A stretch of DNA of 62,523 bases, the filler included, from Streblomastix strix (Eukaryota): NCBI GenBank assembly GCA_008636045.1. It is 4 parts of 4 records of this genome, joined end to end, with 100 filler letters (N's around TTAATTAATTAA, not from the genome) between each part and the next. Parts side by side here need not be neighbours in the genome. Positions count along the whole stretch, not along the records: positions 31,318 to 46,874 come from SNRW01000966.1; positions 46,975 to 62,523 come from SNRW01000967.1; 2 more parts are not named here. The stretch is one strand, 5' to 3'. The notes beneath the pieces were generated by a model. The model was given only the letters and a program-made list of their open reading frames with translations, was not told where the DNA came from and did no database searches. Positions 42,313 to 55,900 of the stretch are shown one piece after another; the first letter of the stretch is position 1; every line of letters begins with the position of its first letter. The translations under genes and the position numbers were made by a program.

Positions 42313-43320
42313 TTATTGAGATACCTAGTTTAACCTTTCATTATCTTGGCCTGGATTATTTGTCAATTACCTTGCTATTTCGTTTGCTCTTATTGAGTAT
42401 GCGATGATGTAGTATTGTTGAACAGTACGTGAGTTTTAGGAGTGGTGTGTAAAGGTAGCGAGATCTCTTTCAGGGATACCTAACTTTGCAAGTTCTGTTG
42501 TTGCTGAGTGTCGTATTGAGTATGCTGATGCTCCTACTATCTTCAGTTCTCTTAATAGTTCTGTAAGTTGTAGACTGATATCTTTTGTAGTTGTTGGTTT
42601 ATTAAAACCCTTATACCACAATAAAAAGTCTGTACCTTTAGGAAATTGTTTCTTTAATCTGTCAACCCATTCATATATTACTTATTTTGGGCTTAATTTT
42701 TCATTGATTGTTTCTTATACTTCTTATGCTTATATTACTTCTGCTTGTTTTGGTGATAGTCCTAATGATGCTTGATTTTCTGTTTTGCTTACATTTGAGA
42801 ATTTTAGTCTTATTTCAGCCATTTCATTTGGCCTGATGAAGCATAATGAAATAAGTAATGAGGATATTTTAACCTGTAAGTCATAGTTGTTTAAGTATTT
42901 GTTTTGTTTTGATTATCTCCAATGGTTGAATAGTATTTGGATATTCCAAACGTTTTAATACCTTCTGTGTGGTATTGTTGCATTTGCTAGTGCTTTGTTG
43001 ATTAGTTTTGAAGTTGATGAAGATACTAAATTCTCTTTGTATATTAATGATAGCGTTGTAGTTAGGCAAGCTTTATGGGATTTAGCTGATGCAACTGAGT
43101 TGTTTTGTCTAGTGTTGAATGCAATTACTTCTGTTAATGTTACTTCAGCATCTCTCTTCATCATTTCTTCAATTGTTATTCTTTCTATGTCCAACCAATC
43201 CTGTAATAATGCTAGGGAGTAAAAATCCCTCTTAACTGTATAAAATCTTCGTCCTTTGAATAGTATATTGATTCCATCTTCAAAGAATCCTCTCACCTTC
43301 ATATATCTCATTAGCAAATC
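42240..43320 (-). pseudogene. DIRS tyrosine recombinase
   Basis: LCFIRPNEM (catalytic Arg), YSIRHSATTELAK (HxxR-like box), FTHHSQNSRTVQQYY (His and Tyr nucleophile). Frameshift near 42950. Confidence 0.85.
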
Positions 43321-43339
43321 TCTCCCGACGTCTGCAACA

Positions 43340-45270
43340 GGTCCAGAAGGAAGGCTTTAATGTTGCCTGGTGGAAGCTTTTGATCATTGTATTTTGTTCT
43401 CTGTCACATCTCCAGAATTCTCTCTGATAATACAAAGAAAAGGAATTTAATGGATAAATTTTTTAGTTTGGTGTGCCATGATTGTCCCGGTCAGATCGGT
43501 GCTATAATTATTACCTGTGCTTTATCATATTTCATTTTCTACAATATCCAATTTAATACTAGTATTGGATGATGGATATATAATTTGACTTTACTCCATT
43601 TGTATTTGATAGCGTTTTGGAAGTGTGTCCCACGGTCGTTAAGATCCACTGTTACATAGATTTTAATTAGTTTATTATATTGTGTTGCGAATATGTCTAT
43701 CTGTGGCATGCAATTGCAAGTCTTACTAATGATTTAAATCATTTCGTCCTTCAGTGTGTAGACTCCTGATCTGCGCAGTCTAGAGAATGAATCTGTCGTT
43801 GAGTTCAATTTTTCTGAGGTGTGAATTGTAGTTATTTGTAGTCTAAGTCTATTCACAAGGTAAAATACTAGTTTTATTCTTTTCATTCAGATATTCCTTT
43901 ACTTTTCATTTCCCAATATCGTAGATTGCTGTTATGTTATCTGAACGTATCAAGATTGCCTGATCTTGCATCTTCTTAAAGACTTGCTCGAAACGAAGTA
44001 GCCCGTAGTAAATAGCCTTTGTTTCTTTAGCATTGCTTGTCATCTCCACTTCCTTCTTGTTCCAACAGTCGTGTTGTATCAATTCTATCTGGTTATCGTA
44101 TATTAGCGTCGCTCCCCAGCCCTATGGAGATGCGTCTGTCGTTAACATGCATGATATTGTTTTGTTAAACAATGTCTCTGAATGGTTATCTCTTATTTTC
44201 ATTATCCACCATTTAGGTTCTCTGATTACTACTTTGTTTACTATCATTATTCCATCCCATGATCCCGTCTTTAACGCTTGTGCTTTCGCTTTGTCTAATT
44301 CTGTTAGATACAGAGACGCTTCTTTTATCTGAAGTCTCAGGAAGTTCAATCTGCCTATCAGCGCTGCTAGTTATCTTATTTTCACGAATTTGTAATTATA
44401 TATTGTGTTGCTCCAGTCTCTCAATGCTTTTATTATTTTCGACTTTCTTTCTTCTGAAATTCAGATATTCGTTTTTTTCAAGTTCCATATCCATCCAAAG
44501 AATGTTATTATTTATTTCGGTTTCGTTTCGCATTTCTCTGGTGATATTGTCCATCTGAATTGCTCCAATGTTCTCAATATTTCTGTCGTTTCTGTTTTAT
44601 GTGTTTGATTGTCTTTGTGTATTAGAAGTATGTCATTGCAGTAATTCAGAATTTTAATTTCTGAATGAATTCATATTTATCCAAGGGTTGATTCTATAGC
44701 TTCCCCGAAGATGATTGGGTTATGCTTAATCACAAAAGGAATTGTTTTATATGCATAATTATTATTTATGTCAAATATTAGGTATTGTATTGAGTTAGGA
44801 GATATAGAGATGTGGTTAAATGATGATTTGAGGTCGAAGGATGTAACGTAATCCGTATAGTTTGCTAGGTATTGTATTTCCTTTTGATCATGCATTTTGA
44901 AGTGTAATTTCTCTATTTCCTTTTTCAACTTTCTCGCACCCAAAATCTTTCTCCAAGTTCTATTGCATTTCTTTATCAGGAGTGTATGGTTCCACCATTT
45001 CACTTGATCCTGTTAAATAGGCATTATTATTCCTTCTTCCAATTCTTCCCTCAACATTTCTTGGTAAGCGTCCTTTTTTTCTTACGTTCCTCTAAATTAA
45101 ATTTTTATTTTATTCTCCTCTAATCTTTATTAACTATTCTAATCTTTAAATCTCAGATAAAATCGAATGTTTTTGAAGTCATCTTTTCCTATCTATTTCC
45201 ATGCACATATATATCTTTTGGCTTTTCCTACTATTCCATTCTCCTTTTATTTATATATCATTTCACCAAT
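43340..45270 (-). pseudogene. DIRS pol: reverse transcriptase, RNase H and DNA N6-adenine methyltransferase-like domain
   Basis: RT: KWWNHTLLIKK...WRKILGAR, TSFDLKSSFNHI, IPFVIKHNP, NYCNDILL (YxDD mutated to YCND). RNase H: TTDASPQGWGA, IRSDNITAIY, TDSFSRL. MT: IDIFATQYNK, IIIAPI*PGQSW. Confidence 0.85.
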
Positions 45271-45289
45271 CCTTTCCTCCATATCCTGA

Positions 45290-46874
45290 GGAGCCGTCTT
45301 CGTCAGCACGCTCCTCTTCTCTGTTCCAGAGGGAGACCTCAACGCCGATCTCTCTTGATTGGAGTGTCCCTACCCGATCAGGGCTCTACTCCATTTTATC
45401 CTTTTAATTAGAGTTTTTTGGTTCGGGTTTAACCTATTGGGGTTTTTTTAGGCGTAACCATAGGTTTTGGAACTTCGGAAGCTGTTTTAGCTTGAGCATG
45501 TGCATTTCTGCACTGGTTTGGTTCATTAGAGGAATTTAAGCCCTCTATTTTTGTCTTTTTGCTTCCTCCTCCTTACTTACGCTTCACCAATACTCCAATT
45601 GGAGCACGGCCTGGATTATTTTTTTCCATTTAACTCATGGTATTTAAGCCTTGGTCAATTTATGGTTATGTTCCCAGATTCTCTTAAGCTTGGGGCTATG
45701 AGATTATATTAACTCTATAGTCTTTGTTTTGGATTAGTGCTGCTTCAACGGTTTACTCATCTTCTTCCTCTTTAACATTAGCCTCATGGCTTTCATTTAT
45801 TTAAGAATCTGTTCTTTCCACATTACCGGTTGATATTAATCCCGTTTCTTTTAGCCTCAGCCTTGCATTAAAGCTTGTGCTCTGGGCACTAGAACTCGGA
45901 TACAAACCAGTAAGAAGTCCAACAGTTCCCTAAATATCAGGTATAACAACATTCCTATAGTTGAGATCATTGTTTTCTTATTGTTAAATCTATTGAGTTG
46001 CTTTTAATTATTACAATTCTCTCTCTAATTTCTTTTATCTTTATTTAATTCCAGCTCTATGTTGAGGTTTCTGTGTTGGAGTAACTGATAGTTATGATTA
46101 GTTAACTGGTTCATCTTTGTTTGTTCCTGTATTAATCATCCATAGTAATGGTGAATCTATCCTTTATTAAGTTTTAGAACCAGTTGTTAATTATTATAAT
46201 TTTGTTGATTAGAAATTGCTTGTTGCACCATTTCTTGCAATTGATTCTGAGCGACCTGGGTGCTAGATTATTATTGTTGTCCATTGCACCAATTAATTGT
46301 TACCAATCACTGTCTGAATCAGATATACTCAAATCTTCCCTCTCTTTCTATAGTGCTGCAAGTCTTTCCTGAATTATTTCTAACTCATCAATGTCATCTT
46401 AGCTCGGTGGTTAATCTCTTCTCCCTTTTTTCTTCTGTACTAGAGCTGGAGACTGTTATTTCGGTTGTACTTGTATCTATTATACTCTTTGTGTATGTTT
46501 AGCTGGATATTTAGGATGTGGTGATGTAACATGATGTTAGGGGGCATCATCTTCTGTCCAAGTTGAATCTTTATCATTATGGTTGTCTGGTGGGTCTTTC
46601 TGCATTTATGTGCGTTTTGTCCACTCATCATTTGGGTTGTCATCCCAACTTTCTCCTTCATATTAGTGTGACCTATTCCAGTTTATCGGATTTTTTGTCA
46701 TGTTAAAGGTCTATTTTGTAAATGGATTATATTTTTATGCTTCTCTGTATCTATCCTAGTTAAATTAATCTCTGTCTTAATAATTTGAACCCTTTTCTTA
46801 ATAATTGTACCCTCTTCCTCTATACGTTCCCCTACCTCTACCTCTTTATTCGTTCCTAGTCTCAAATCCATTAT
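45290..46874 (-). pseudogene. DIRS gag-like ORF1, frameshifted
   Basis: Arg/Glu-rich then Gln/Pro-rich coding-like sequence directly upstream of RT in the element. No recognisable catalytic motif; assigned by position. Confidence 0.55.
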
Positions 46875-46974
46875 NNNNNNNNNNNNNNNNNNNNNNNNNN
46901 NNNNNNNNNNNNNNNNNNTTAATTAATTAANNNNNNNNNNNNNNNNNNNNNNNNNNNNNNNNNNNNNNNNNNNN
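46875..46974. other. Artificial contig spacer
   Basis: N-run with TTAATTAATTAA linker. Confidence 0.97.
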
Positions 46975-49900
46975 TATCCTTCAATTACACTTCCATTCCC
47001 TCCTCCTGTTTTCCATATAATGCTTCATTATTATTAGAATAGCTTGTTCCACTCAAATCAATTAGATTTTCTGCTCCAATACCTATATCAAGATATATAC
47101 ATCCTCCAATTCCTGTATTAATATCAACACTAAAATTAGAGAATATACTACTACTCACACTTATCTTTCCATTATTAATAGAAATATTTCCTTAAATTAC
47201 TCCTCCTTTTCCATTTGATTCAATTCTTTAGATATTCTCAAAATTACTCTAACTTATTGAAACTATTCCACTTCCACTATTCACTCGAATCATACTATAT
47301 CCTGATACAATTATATCTTTAATTTCTAAATTTATTAAATTAAGATTTCCTTTGCTTAAATCAACAAGTCCTTTATATATGCTTGTTGAATCAATGCTCA
47401 TAATCATCTTACAATTATTAATTGTAATTCCATTCGATGAACTTATTCCTTCTATAATATATCCAACATCTGCACTATTATTAATGCAAAATGTGATTTT
47501 CTTGATTGTTAATGTTCCTGCTCTCACTGAGAACTTTTTATCACCACTTCCTTCAATTAATAATATAGAATTATCATTAGAAAATTATCCACTTTCGCTA
47601 ATTTCGTTATAAATATTTAATTATTATTCGTTCGTTTATACAATTACTTATTAATTCAATTTATATCCATTCATTATTCCAATATTTTATATACTTATAC
47701 TCCCACTTTGCAATATCCCATAATCTATTGTTAGACATGGCCATTTCAAATCTCCACATCCAATATTATCAATTCCTTTAGGATTTGAATCATAATCATT
47801 GTTAGATACATGATAAACTGATTCTAATACTGAATTCCATATATACATTAATGGAATAGCAACTTCTCTATTATCATTATCATATCCCATTAATTATTTA
47901 ATATCAGATTTTTCATTAATATCAATTAATCTTCCTAATATACTTCCATCAATACTTCCTTATAACGATAATTTCAAATCATATGCATCAATAAATAAAC
48001 TCTTTCCATATAAAGCAGAGCATTAAGAATAGCTTGTTCCACTCAAATCATATTTAGTTTCTCCTCCGTTAGAGATCTTCAGATATATAGCTCCTCCAAC
48101 TCCATTTTCAATATCTACTTTACAACTATTAAATATATTACTTATTTCATCTATCATTTTTAATGACATCTTTCCATTATTATTATTTAGATATCCTTCA
48201 ATTACACTTCCATTCCCTCCTCCTGTTTTCCATATATTCTCAAATTTACTTCCAATTATATTCACTTCTCCAATTCCTATTTCTGTTCCTATTTATGTTC
48301 CTTCATCAACTTTAATAACACTATATTCTGATATTATTACATCTTTTACATCTAAGTTATTAATATTCAGTTTTCCATTACTCAATTGCACAAGTCCAGT
48401 AGATATATAATAATCTAATTCATTGCTAAACATTCTCATTGAACAATCATTAATATTAATCTCATTACATACGTTTGATCCTCTTATTACAAATCCACTT
48501 TTTGAATTATTATTAATATTTATTGTTATTTTTGTTAATGAAAGTGTTCCTGCGCTTACTATGAATTTTCCATCATCTTAAATTAATATAATTGAATTAT
48601 TAGATGTTTACTAATCAATAATAGAATTTTATATATTCACTTATTTTCCTTCGTAATCAATTATTATTAATGAATTCAATATATATTCATTTATTATTCC
48701 TATTTTATATCCTGATTATCCTTCATTCATACTTCGTGATATACATTAATTAATACTTTAACAAGGCCATTCCAAATGTCCACAATATACATTATCATAC
48801 CCAGATCCAATATTATAGCTTTCATTACGATTATTAACATGATATATTGATGAATCAACTTCATTATATACAAAATAAAGTGGAATTGCTAAATTAATAT
48901 CGCTTCCATCATATCCCATAAGATTCTTATAATCATTTTCTGTTTCTTTTCCTCCAATCTTTATTCGAGATGAACTTCCTATTCCTATCACACTTCTAAG
49001 ACTATCTCTACCATGAATAAATAAACTCTTTCCATATAATGCTTCATTATTATTAGAATAGCTTGTTCCACTCAAATCAATTAGATTTTCTGCTCCAATA
49101 CCTATATCAAGATATATTGCTCCACCTTTGTCAGTAGCTGTACATGAATTAAACATTGTCTTAGTTGTTCCTTCAATGAATATTCCCCCAGTAGTTCCAC
49201 TATTTAATACCGCATAAATAACACCACCAGATCCATTGCTTGAACATGAAGTGAATGAACATCCATCTTTAATTATCAATTAACTTATTCCATTTAGTTA
49301 TGCATTAACAGATGATCCATTTCCGTTTCCTGTTTATTTATTAGAAATGAATGAAGTTCCACTAATTATAACTGTGGATGCTTTATCTGACTTTAAATTA
49401 ATTAAACTTTTATCATTCAGTAATACATAATTTTAAAACAGAGTCTTTTGAATTATCATCATTCCACCATTCAGTTCAATCAGAGAATGATAAATTTAGA
49501 CATCTGTGTTTTGTTCAAAAATACAATAATTTATAAAAAGTTGAGGTTTATCATCTGAATCTGTTGATATTGAGATAAGTTGTTTTGTTGAAGATGGATA
49601 AAGATTATTAAAATGAAGTCCAAGAAATGAAAGATCTCCTGTTTCACTTATTGTGAAGAGAGAATTGCTAAATGTTGATGTTAAGATTGATTATTTTGTA
49701 TAAGTATCTTCTTCAGCTTCAGGTGAATATCCTTCAGATTAGATTATAACATTTCCATTAAGTAAAGTTGTGGATGTTATTTGAATATCAATATCAAGTT
49801 CTGTATTTGAAGTTAATATTATTGAATAATTTATATCTGGTGGTGGAATTCCTGATAATGGAGTTGGATTTCTATTAATCGCATATTTAATTGTTTTGCA

Positions 49901-52900
49901 CATTATTTATAATTATCCGCAGAATTTAATATCTTTTCCATTAATAGAAGAAATATATGTTGGATTTGGAACATTTGATGTAAACGATTATTCAAATAGA
50001 GGATTATGAAGATCAAGATTGATCGTTCCTGGATTAGATGTTTAAATAGATTAATTGATTCCCATATAATCATATGCATATGAGAGAGATGTATAAAGAT
50101 CAGATATTATATTTGAAGGATTAAATAAATCTTTAATTGTAATAAGATTTCCATTTTTAATTGCTTCTCCAGTTGCAAGTGTGTTAATCGATTCAATATG
50201 AATATTATTTCCGATTGAATTAACTGCTGAACATCCAATGAAAATAAGATCTCTCATTAAGAAATTTGATTCATTAAGATTTTCTCCAATAATTGAAGTG
50301 CTTATTCTGATTGCTCCTCCCCATCCATAATTTTAATCGGATGGATTTGAAATAGTTTTACAATTAATGAAAGATGAATTAGTGATTGATATTATTGAAT
50401 TAGGATGTTGAAATAAACATAAAGCTCCTCCATCTCCAGGCTAAGTACTAGCGCAACTATCAAATGTTGCATTTTCAATATTAATTGTACCATATTATAA
50501 ATATGTATTAATTCCTCCTCCATTATTAGATATACTTTTGCATTCTGTGAATAAGCATTAATATTTAACATTAATTTATCCTCCTTAACTAATACTCAAA
50601 TACATTCCACCTCCTGTTTCAGTAGAACAATTTTTAAATAAGCATATTTAAGAAATTAATAGTGTTGCATTTGAATGAACAGCTACAAATAATCCTCCTC
50701 CTTAACTTCCAGAAGTGCAGTTCTAAAATTATACATCTATTAATTCTAAGATAGAATTTTCTGAATAAATCCATGCTTCAATTCCTCCTCCATCAGCGTA
50801 TGCTTCACAGTTAGTAAATTCAGTCCTATTAAAAATTTACTTCATTTATTCAAATCCACTAACAAATATGCCACCACCTTCTCTGTATGCATTGCAATTA
50901 TTGAATTAAACTTTGTTAATTATGATGGTTCCATACCCATAAATATAAATACATGCTCCACCACCCCAAGCTGAAGTACAATCTTCAAACTTCACTCCAT
51001 CATCTAATGTGAATTAACTGTTCAAATCGGAAATTTAAACAATAATCCCACCTCCACCATATTCAGAAGAATTACATTCAATAAACTTGCACAATCCTTC
51101 AATAATGATTTTTCCACCTGATTCTACTTATACAAATATTCCACCACCATATCCAGATTCACATTGATTGAAAGATGAATTTGATATTGTTACTTATCCT
51201 TCATTATTAATATTCAGATAAATAGCTCCTCCTTAAGAAGATCCTTTACATTCAATAAATTCAGATCCATCAATCAATAATTGACTTCCAGTTAATAAAT
51301 TTGCATTAATCGCTGCTCCATATTCATCTCCAGATAATTATATATTAGAGAATGTTGATTGAATAATTTCAATTTAATTAATTCTATAAACATTTGATGA
51401 ATGAATATAATCTGGTTAAGTCATTAAATAAATGTTTCCATTATTAAATTTATATTTTGATATCTTTGTTTTAATAATGCTCATTTATCCTCCATTAATT
51501 GAGATGATTGAATGTGAAAGACTTGAACTTGAATTTGAATAAGAAGATGAATCTTGATTGAATTCACAATCAATTATTGATAGAACTGGAATTAAATTAT
51601 TATCATCGCTTCTTATTGAGATAAGTGGATTTATTGAAGGTGGATTAAGATTATCAAAATGAAGTCCAAGAAGCGAAAGATCTCCTGTTTCACTTATCGT
51701 GAATAGAGAATTGCTAAATGATGATGTTGAGATTGATTATTTATTGTAAGTATCATTTTCCGTTTCTGGTGAATATCCTTCAGATTGAATTATAATTTTA
51801 AATCCAAATGAAGAAAGTGAATTAATTTATATATCATATTCTAAATTCGTTGAACTCAAAAGTTTAATTATTATTATATCTTAATCTTTTTTAAAGTTTT
51901 AAATCTTAGTTCCATCAAAACTTAATAAGTATTTAATTTTTTTACAAGGCATTTCTATTTAACCACAGAATACATTATCAATTCCATCAAATGCATTAAC
52001 AAGATATGGATTTAGAAATATTCAAAACGGAGGATTAACAAAAAGAGGTTCATGGAATGAAATTGGAGTATTTCCATTAATTGCTTTTGATTCATCTATT
52101 CCCATATAATTTGTACCATATAGTTTATTTTCATACAAATTAGTGGTTTCATTAACTGTAAGAAGACTTCCATTTTTAATTGCTTTTCCAGTTGCAAGAG
52201 TATTTGATGATTGAATATGAATATTATTTCCAATTGAATTAACTGCTGAACATCCAAAAAAAATAAGATCTCTCATTAAGAAATTTGATTCATTAAGATT
52301 TCCAGCACTAATTTAAGTTTAAATGAATATTGCTCCTCCCCATCCATATCTTGAATATGATGAATTTGAAATAGTTTTACAATTAATGAATGATGAATTG
52401 GTGATTGATATTAATGATGAAGATCCTTGAATCAAAGCTATTCCTCCTCCATTCCCAGATTGAATACAATTACAACTATCAAATGTTATATCTTCAATAT
52501 TAACTGTACCATCATTTATATCTGAGTAAATTCCACCTCCATTACTTGATGTACTTTTGCATTCTATAAATAAACATTAATCTTTAATACTAATTTATCC
52601 TCCATTATTAATAATTGAATATATTCCACCTCCTATTTCAGAAGTACAATCTTTAAATAATAATTTATTAATTTCAACTGTTGATTAATTATAAATTTAT
52701 AAGTAGAATCCACCTCCAGATTAATTACTCTCACAATTTATGAATGAAGATAGTCCTGCAATAGAAAATTATCCTCCAGAAACATTAACATATAATCCTC
52801 CTCCATAATTAGCTAAACAATCTTTAAATGATATATTATTAATATCGGCAGTTGATTAATTATGAATTTCTAAATATATTCCTCCACCATAACAATTTCT

Positions 52901-55900
52901 TATATAATAATTACTTTAGCATTCTACAAATTTTACTCCATCTTCTAAAATGAGTAAACTACCAATTCCAGAAATATAACAATAAATTCCTCCACCAGTC
53001 CTATACTTGCATTATGTGAAATTACATTATCCACCAATTGTTAATTTTCCACCTGATTCTATTAATGCATAGATTGCACCTCCAAAATTAGCTACGCATT
53101 GATCATAAGTCGAATTTAATATTGTTACTAATCCTTCATTATTAATATTTAGATAAATTGCACCTCCATCATTAGCTTCACATTGATCGAACGATGAATT
53201 TGATATTGTTACTTATCCATCATTATTAATATTCAGATAAATAGCACTTCCAATAGTATCAGTTCCTTCGCATTAAATGAATTAACAATCTTTAATCTAT
53301 AATTAACTTTCTGTTTAAATTTATGCATTAATTGCATCTCCATTTCTCCATCCAGATGTTTAAATATTAGAGAATGTGGAACTGATAATTTCAATATTAT
53401 TAATTCTATAAACATCTGATGAATGAATATAATCTGGTTAAGTCATTATTAAATTTTAGGAATGATTAAATTGATAATTTTCTATCCATGTTCGAATAAT
53501 ACTCATTTATCCTCCATTAATTGATATTATTGAATGTAAAAGACTTGAACTTGAATAAGAATATGAATCTTGAATGAATTCACAGTCAATGATTGTTAAT
53601 TTTGGAATTTTATTATTATCATTAGTTGTTAATGAAATAAGTGGATTTGTTGAAGATGGATTAAGATTATCAAAACGAAGTCCAAGAAGCGAAAGTTAAC
53701 CTGTTTCACTTATTGTGAAGAGAGAATTGCTAAATGATGATGTTGAGATTTATTGTTTAGAATATTAACTTGAATTCTAAATATATTATAATGATCTTAT
53801 TTAAATTTCATTTCCGATTTTCGTGTTAGAATCAATTATTATTTCATTTTCAAGTGAACTATTACTTATTAATTCAATATTAATAATTCCTGAACTTGGA
53901 TATTATAAGATATTATTTTTATCAAGATTTAATATAGAATTTATTATTAAGCAAGGTTTACTAATCGATCCACAGTTCGCTTTATTTGTTCCGGAATCAG
54001 CATTAACATAATATGTATCTTAATATCTTAAGAATAGACTAGAGAAAAGAGGAATATTATTATTAATTATTGTTCCATCTCCAACTTTAGATTCATCAAT
54101 TCCCATATAATCTTATTAATAACTATTATTATAATAAAGATTTATTGTTTCATTCACTGTAATAAGATTTTATTATTCTATTGCTTCACCAGTTCCAACT
54201 GTATTAGGTGATCGGATATGAATATTATTTCCAATGTTTTAAATGGCTTAACATGATCTAAATATAAGAGATCTAATTATCATATTTGTACTTGATAGAT
54301 CAGATCCAACTATTTATGTCTTAATATAAATACCTCCACCCCATCCAAATAATTATGTTGATGAAGATGTTCCACTAATCGTTTAACAATCTATGAATGA
54401 TGTGTTCGATATTTCAATCTTTCCATCTTTATTCATTTGAATTAATGAGATAGCTCCTCCGTTCCCAGGTTAACTGCATATGCATCTTTCAAATTTACTT
54501 AAATCTTTGATTATTATTTTACTTAATGAATTTAATATTCCTTTAATTCCTGATCCTCCTGATCCTTCATTTTATTCAATAGACATGAATTAACTACTTA
54601 TTATTTCAATATTATTAATTCGATAAATTAAGCTTGAAATTTAATCTGATTTAATCATTAAATAACTTTTATTATTACTGAATTTATAATTTTCTATCCA
54701 TGTTCGAATAATACTCATTTATCCTCCATTAATTGAGATTATTGAATGTGAAAGAATTGAACTTGGATAAGAAGATGAATCTTGATTGAATTCACAATCA
54801 ATTATTGTTATTTTAGGTTGTTATGTTTTATCAGAGCTTGTTATTGAGATAAGTGGATTTGTTGAAGGTGGATTAAGATTATCGAAATGAAGTCCAAGAA
54901 GAGAAAGATCTCCTGTTTCACTTATTGTGAATAGAGAACTGTTAAATGATGATGTTGATATTAATCTTTTAATATAAATATCATTTCCTGCTTCTGGTGA
55001 ATATCCTTCAGATTAAATTATTATATTTCCATTAAGTAATGTTGTTGAATTAATTTGAATATCAGTATCAAGTTCTGTATTTGAAGTCATAATTATTGTA
55101 TAATTCGTATCTGGTGGTGGAATTCCTGATAATGGAGTTGGATTTCTATTAATCGCATATTTAATTGTTTAACACATAGAAGATTGTTATCCACAGAATT
55201 TAATATCTTTTCCATTAATTGAATCAATATATGTCGGATTTGGAACATTCGATGTAAACGATTATTCAAATAGAGGATTATGAAGATCAAGATCTGTTGT
55301 TCCTGGATTAGATGTTTAAATTGATTAATTTATTCCCATATAATCATATGCATATTAAAGAGATGTGTAAAGATCAGATATTATATTTGGAGGATTAGAT
55401 AAGTCTTTCACTGTAAGAAGATTTCCATTCTTAATTGATTCTCCAGTTGAATGTATGTTATCTGATTGAATATGAATATTATTTCCGATTGAATTAACTG
55501 TTTCACATCCACTGAAAGTAAGATCTCTCATTAAGAAATTTGATTCGTTAAGATTTTCTGCAGTCATATTAAATTAAATATTGATTGCTCCTCCCCATCC
55601 AAAGCTCTATTCCGATGAATTTGAAATAGTTTTACAATTAATGAATGGTGAATTAGTGATTGATATTATTGATTATGTTCCTTGAATCAAAGCTATTCCT
55701 CCTCCATTTCCAGGTTGAGTGCAAGTGCATCTATCAAATGTTGCATCGTCAATTTTAAATGTGCCATTATCAATTTCTAAGAAAATGCCGCCTCCAGATA
55801 AAGCTGTACAATCATTGAAGCTAATATTATTTGATAACATTGTTCCTAAATTATTAAAATTTGAATATATGCCGCCGCCTTTTTCAGATGTGCAATTCTT

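Larger units (their letters stand above)
42133..46874 (-). mobile_element. DIRS-type tyrosine-recombinase retrotransposon, degenerate, 5' end lost at contig end
   Basis: The minus-strand order is gag-like ORF, RT, RNase H, methyltransferase-like domain, overlapping tyrosine recombinase, then 3' inverted repeats. GC content is higher than the flanks and there are several frameshifts. Confidence 0.9.

Noticed and set aside
42133..46874. Active retrotransposon or a phage-like integrase/methylase system
   Set aside because: Domain order is standard DIRS. The RT catalytic motif is YCND and the ORFs are frameshifted, so this copy is inactive.
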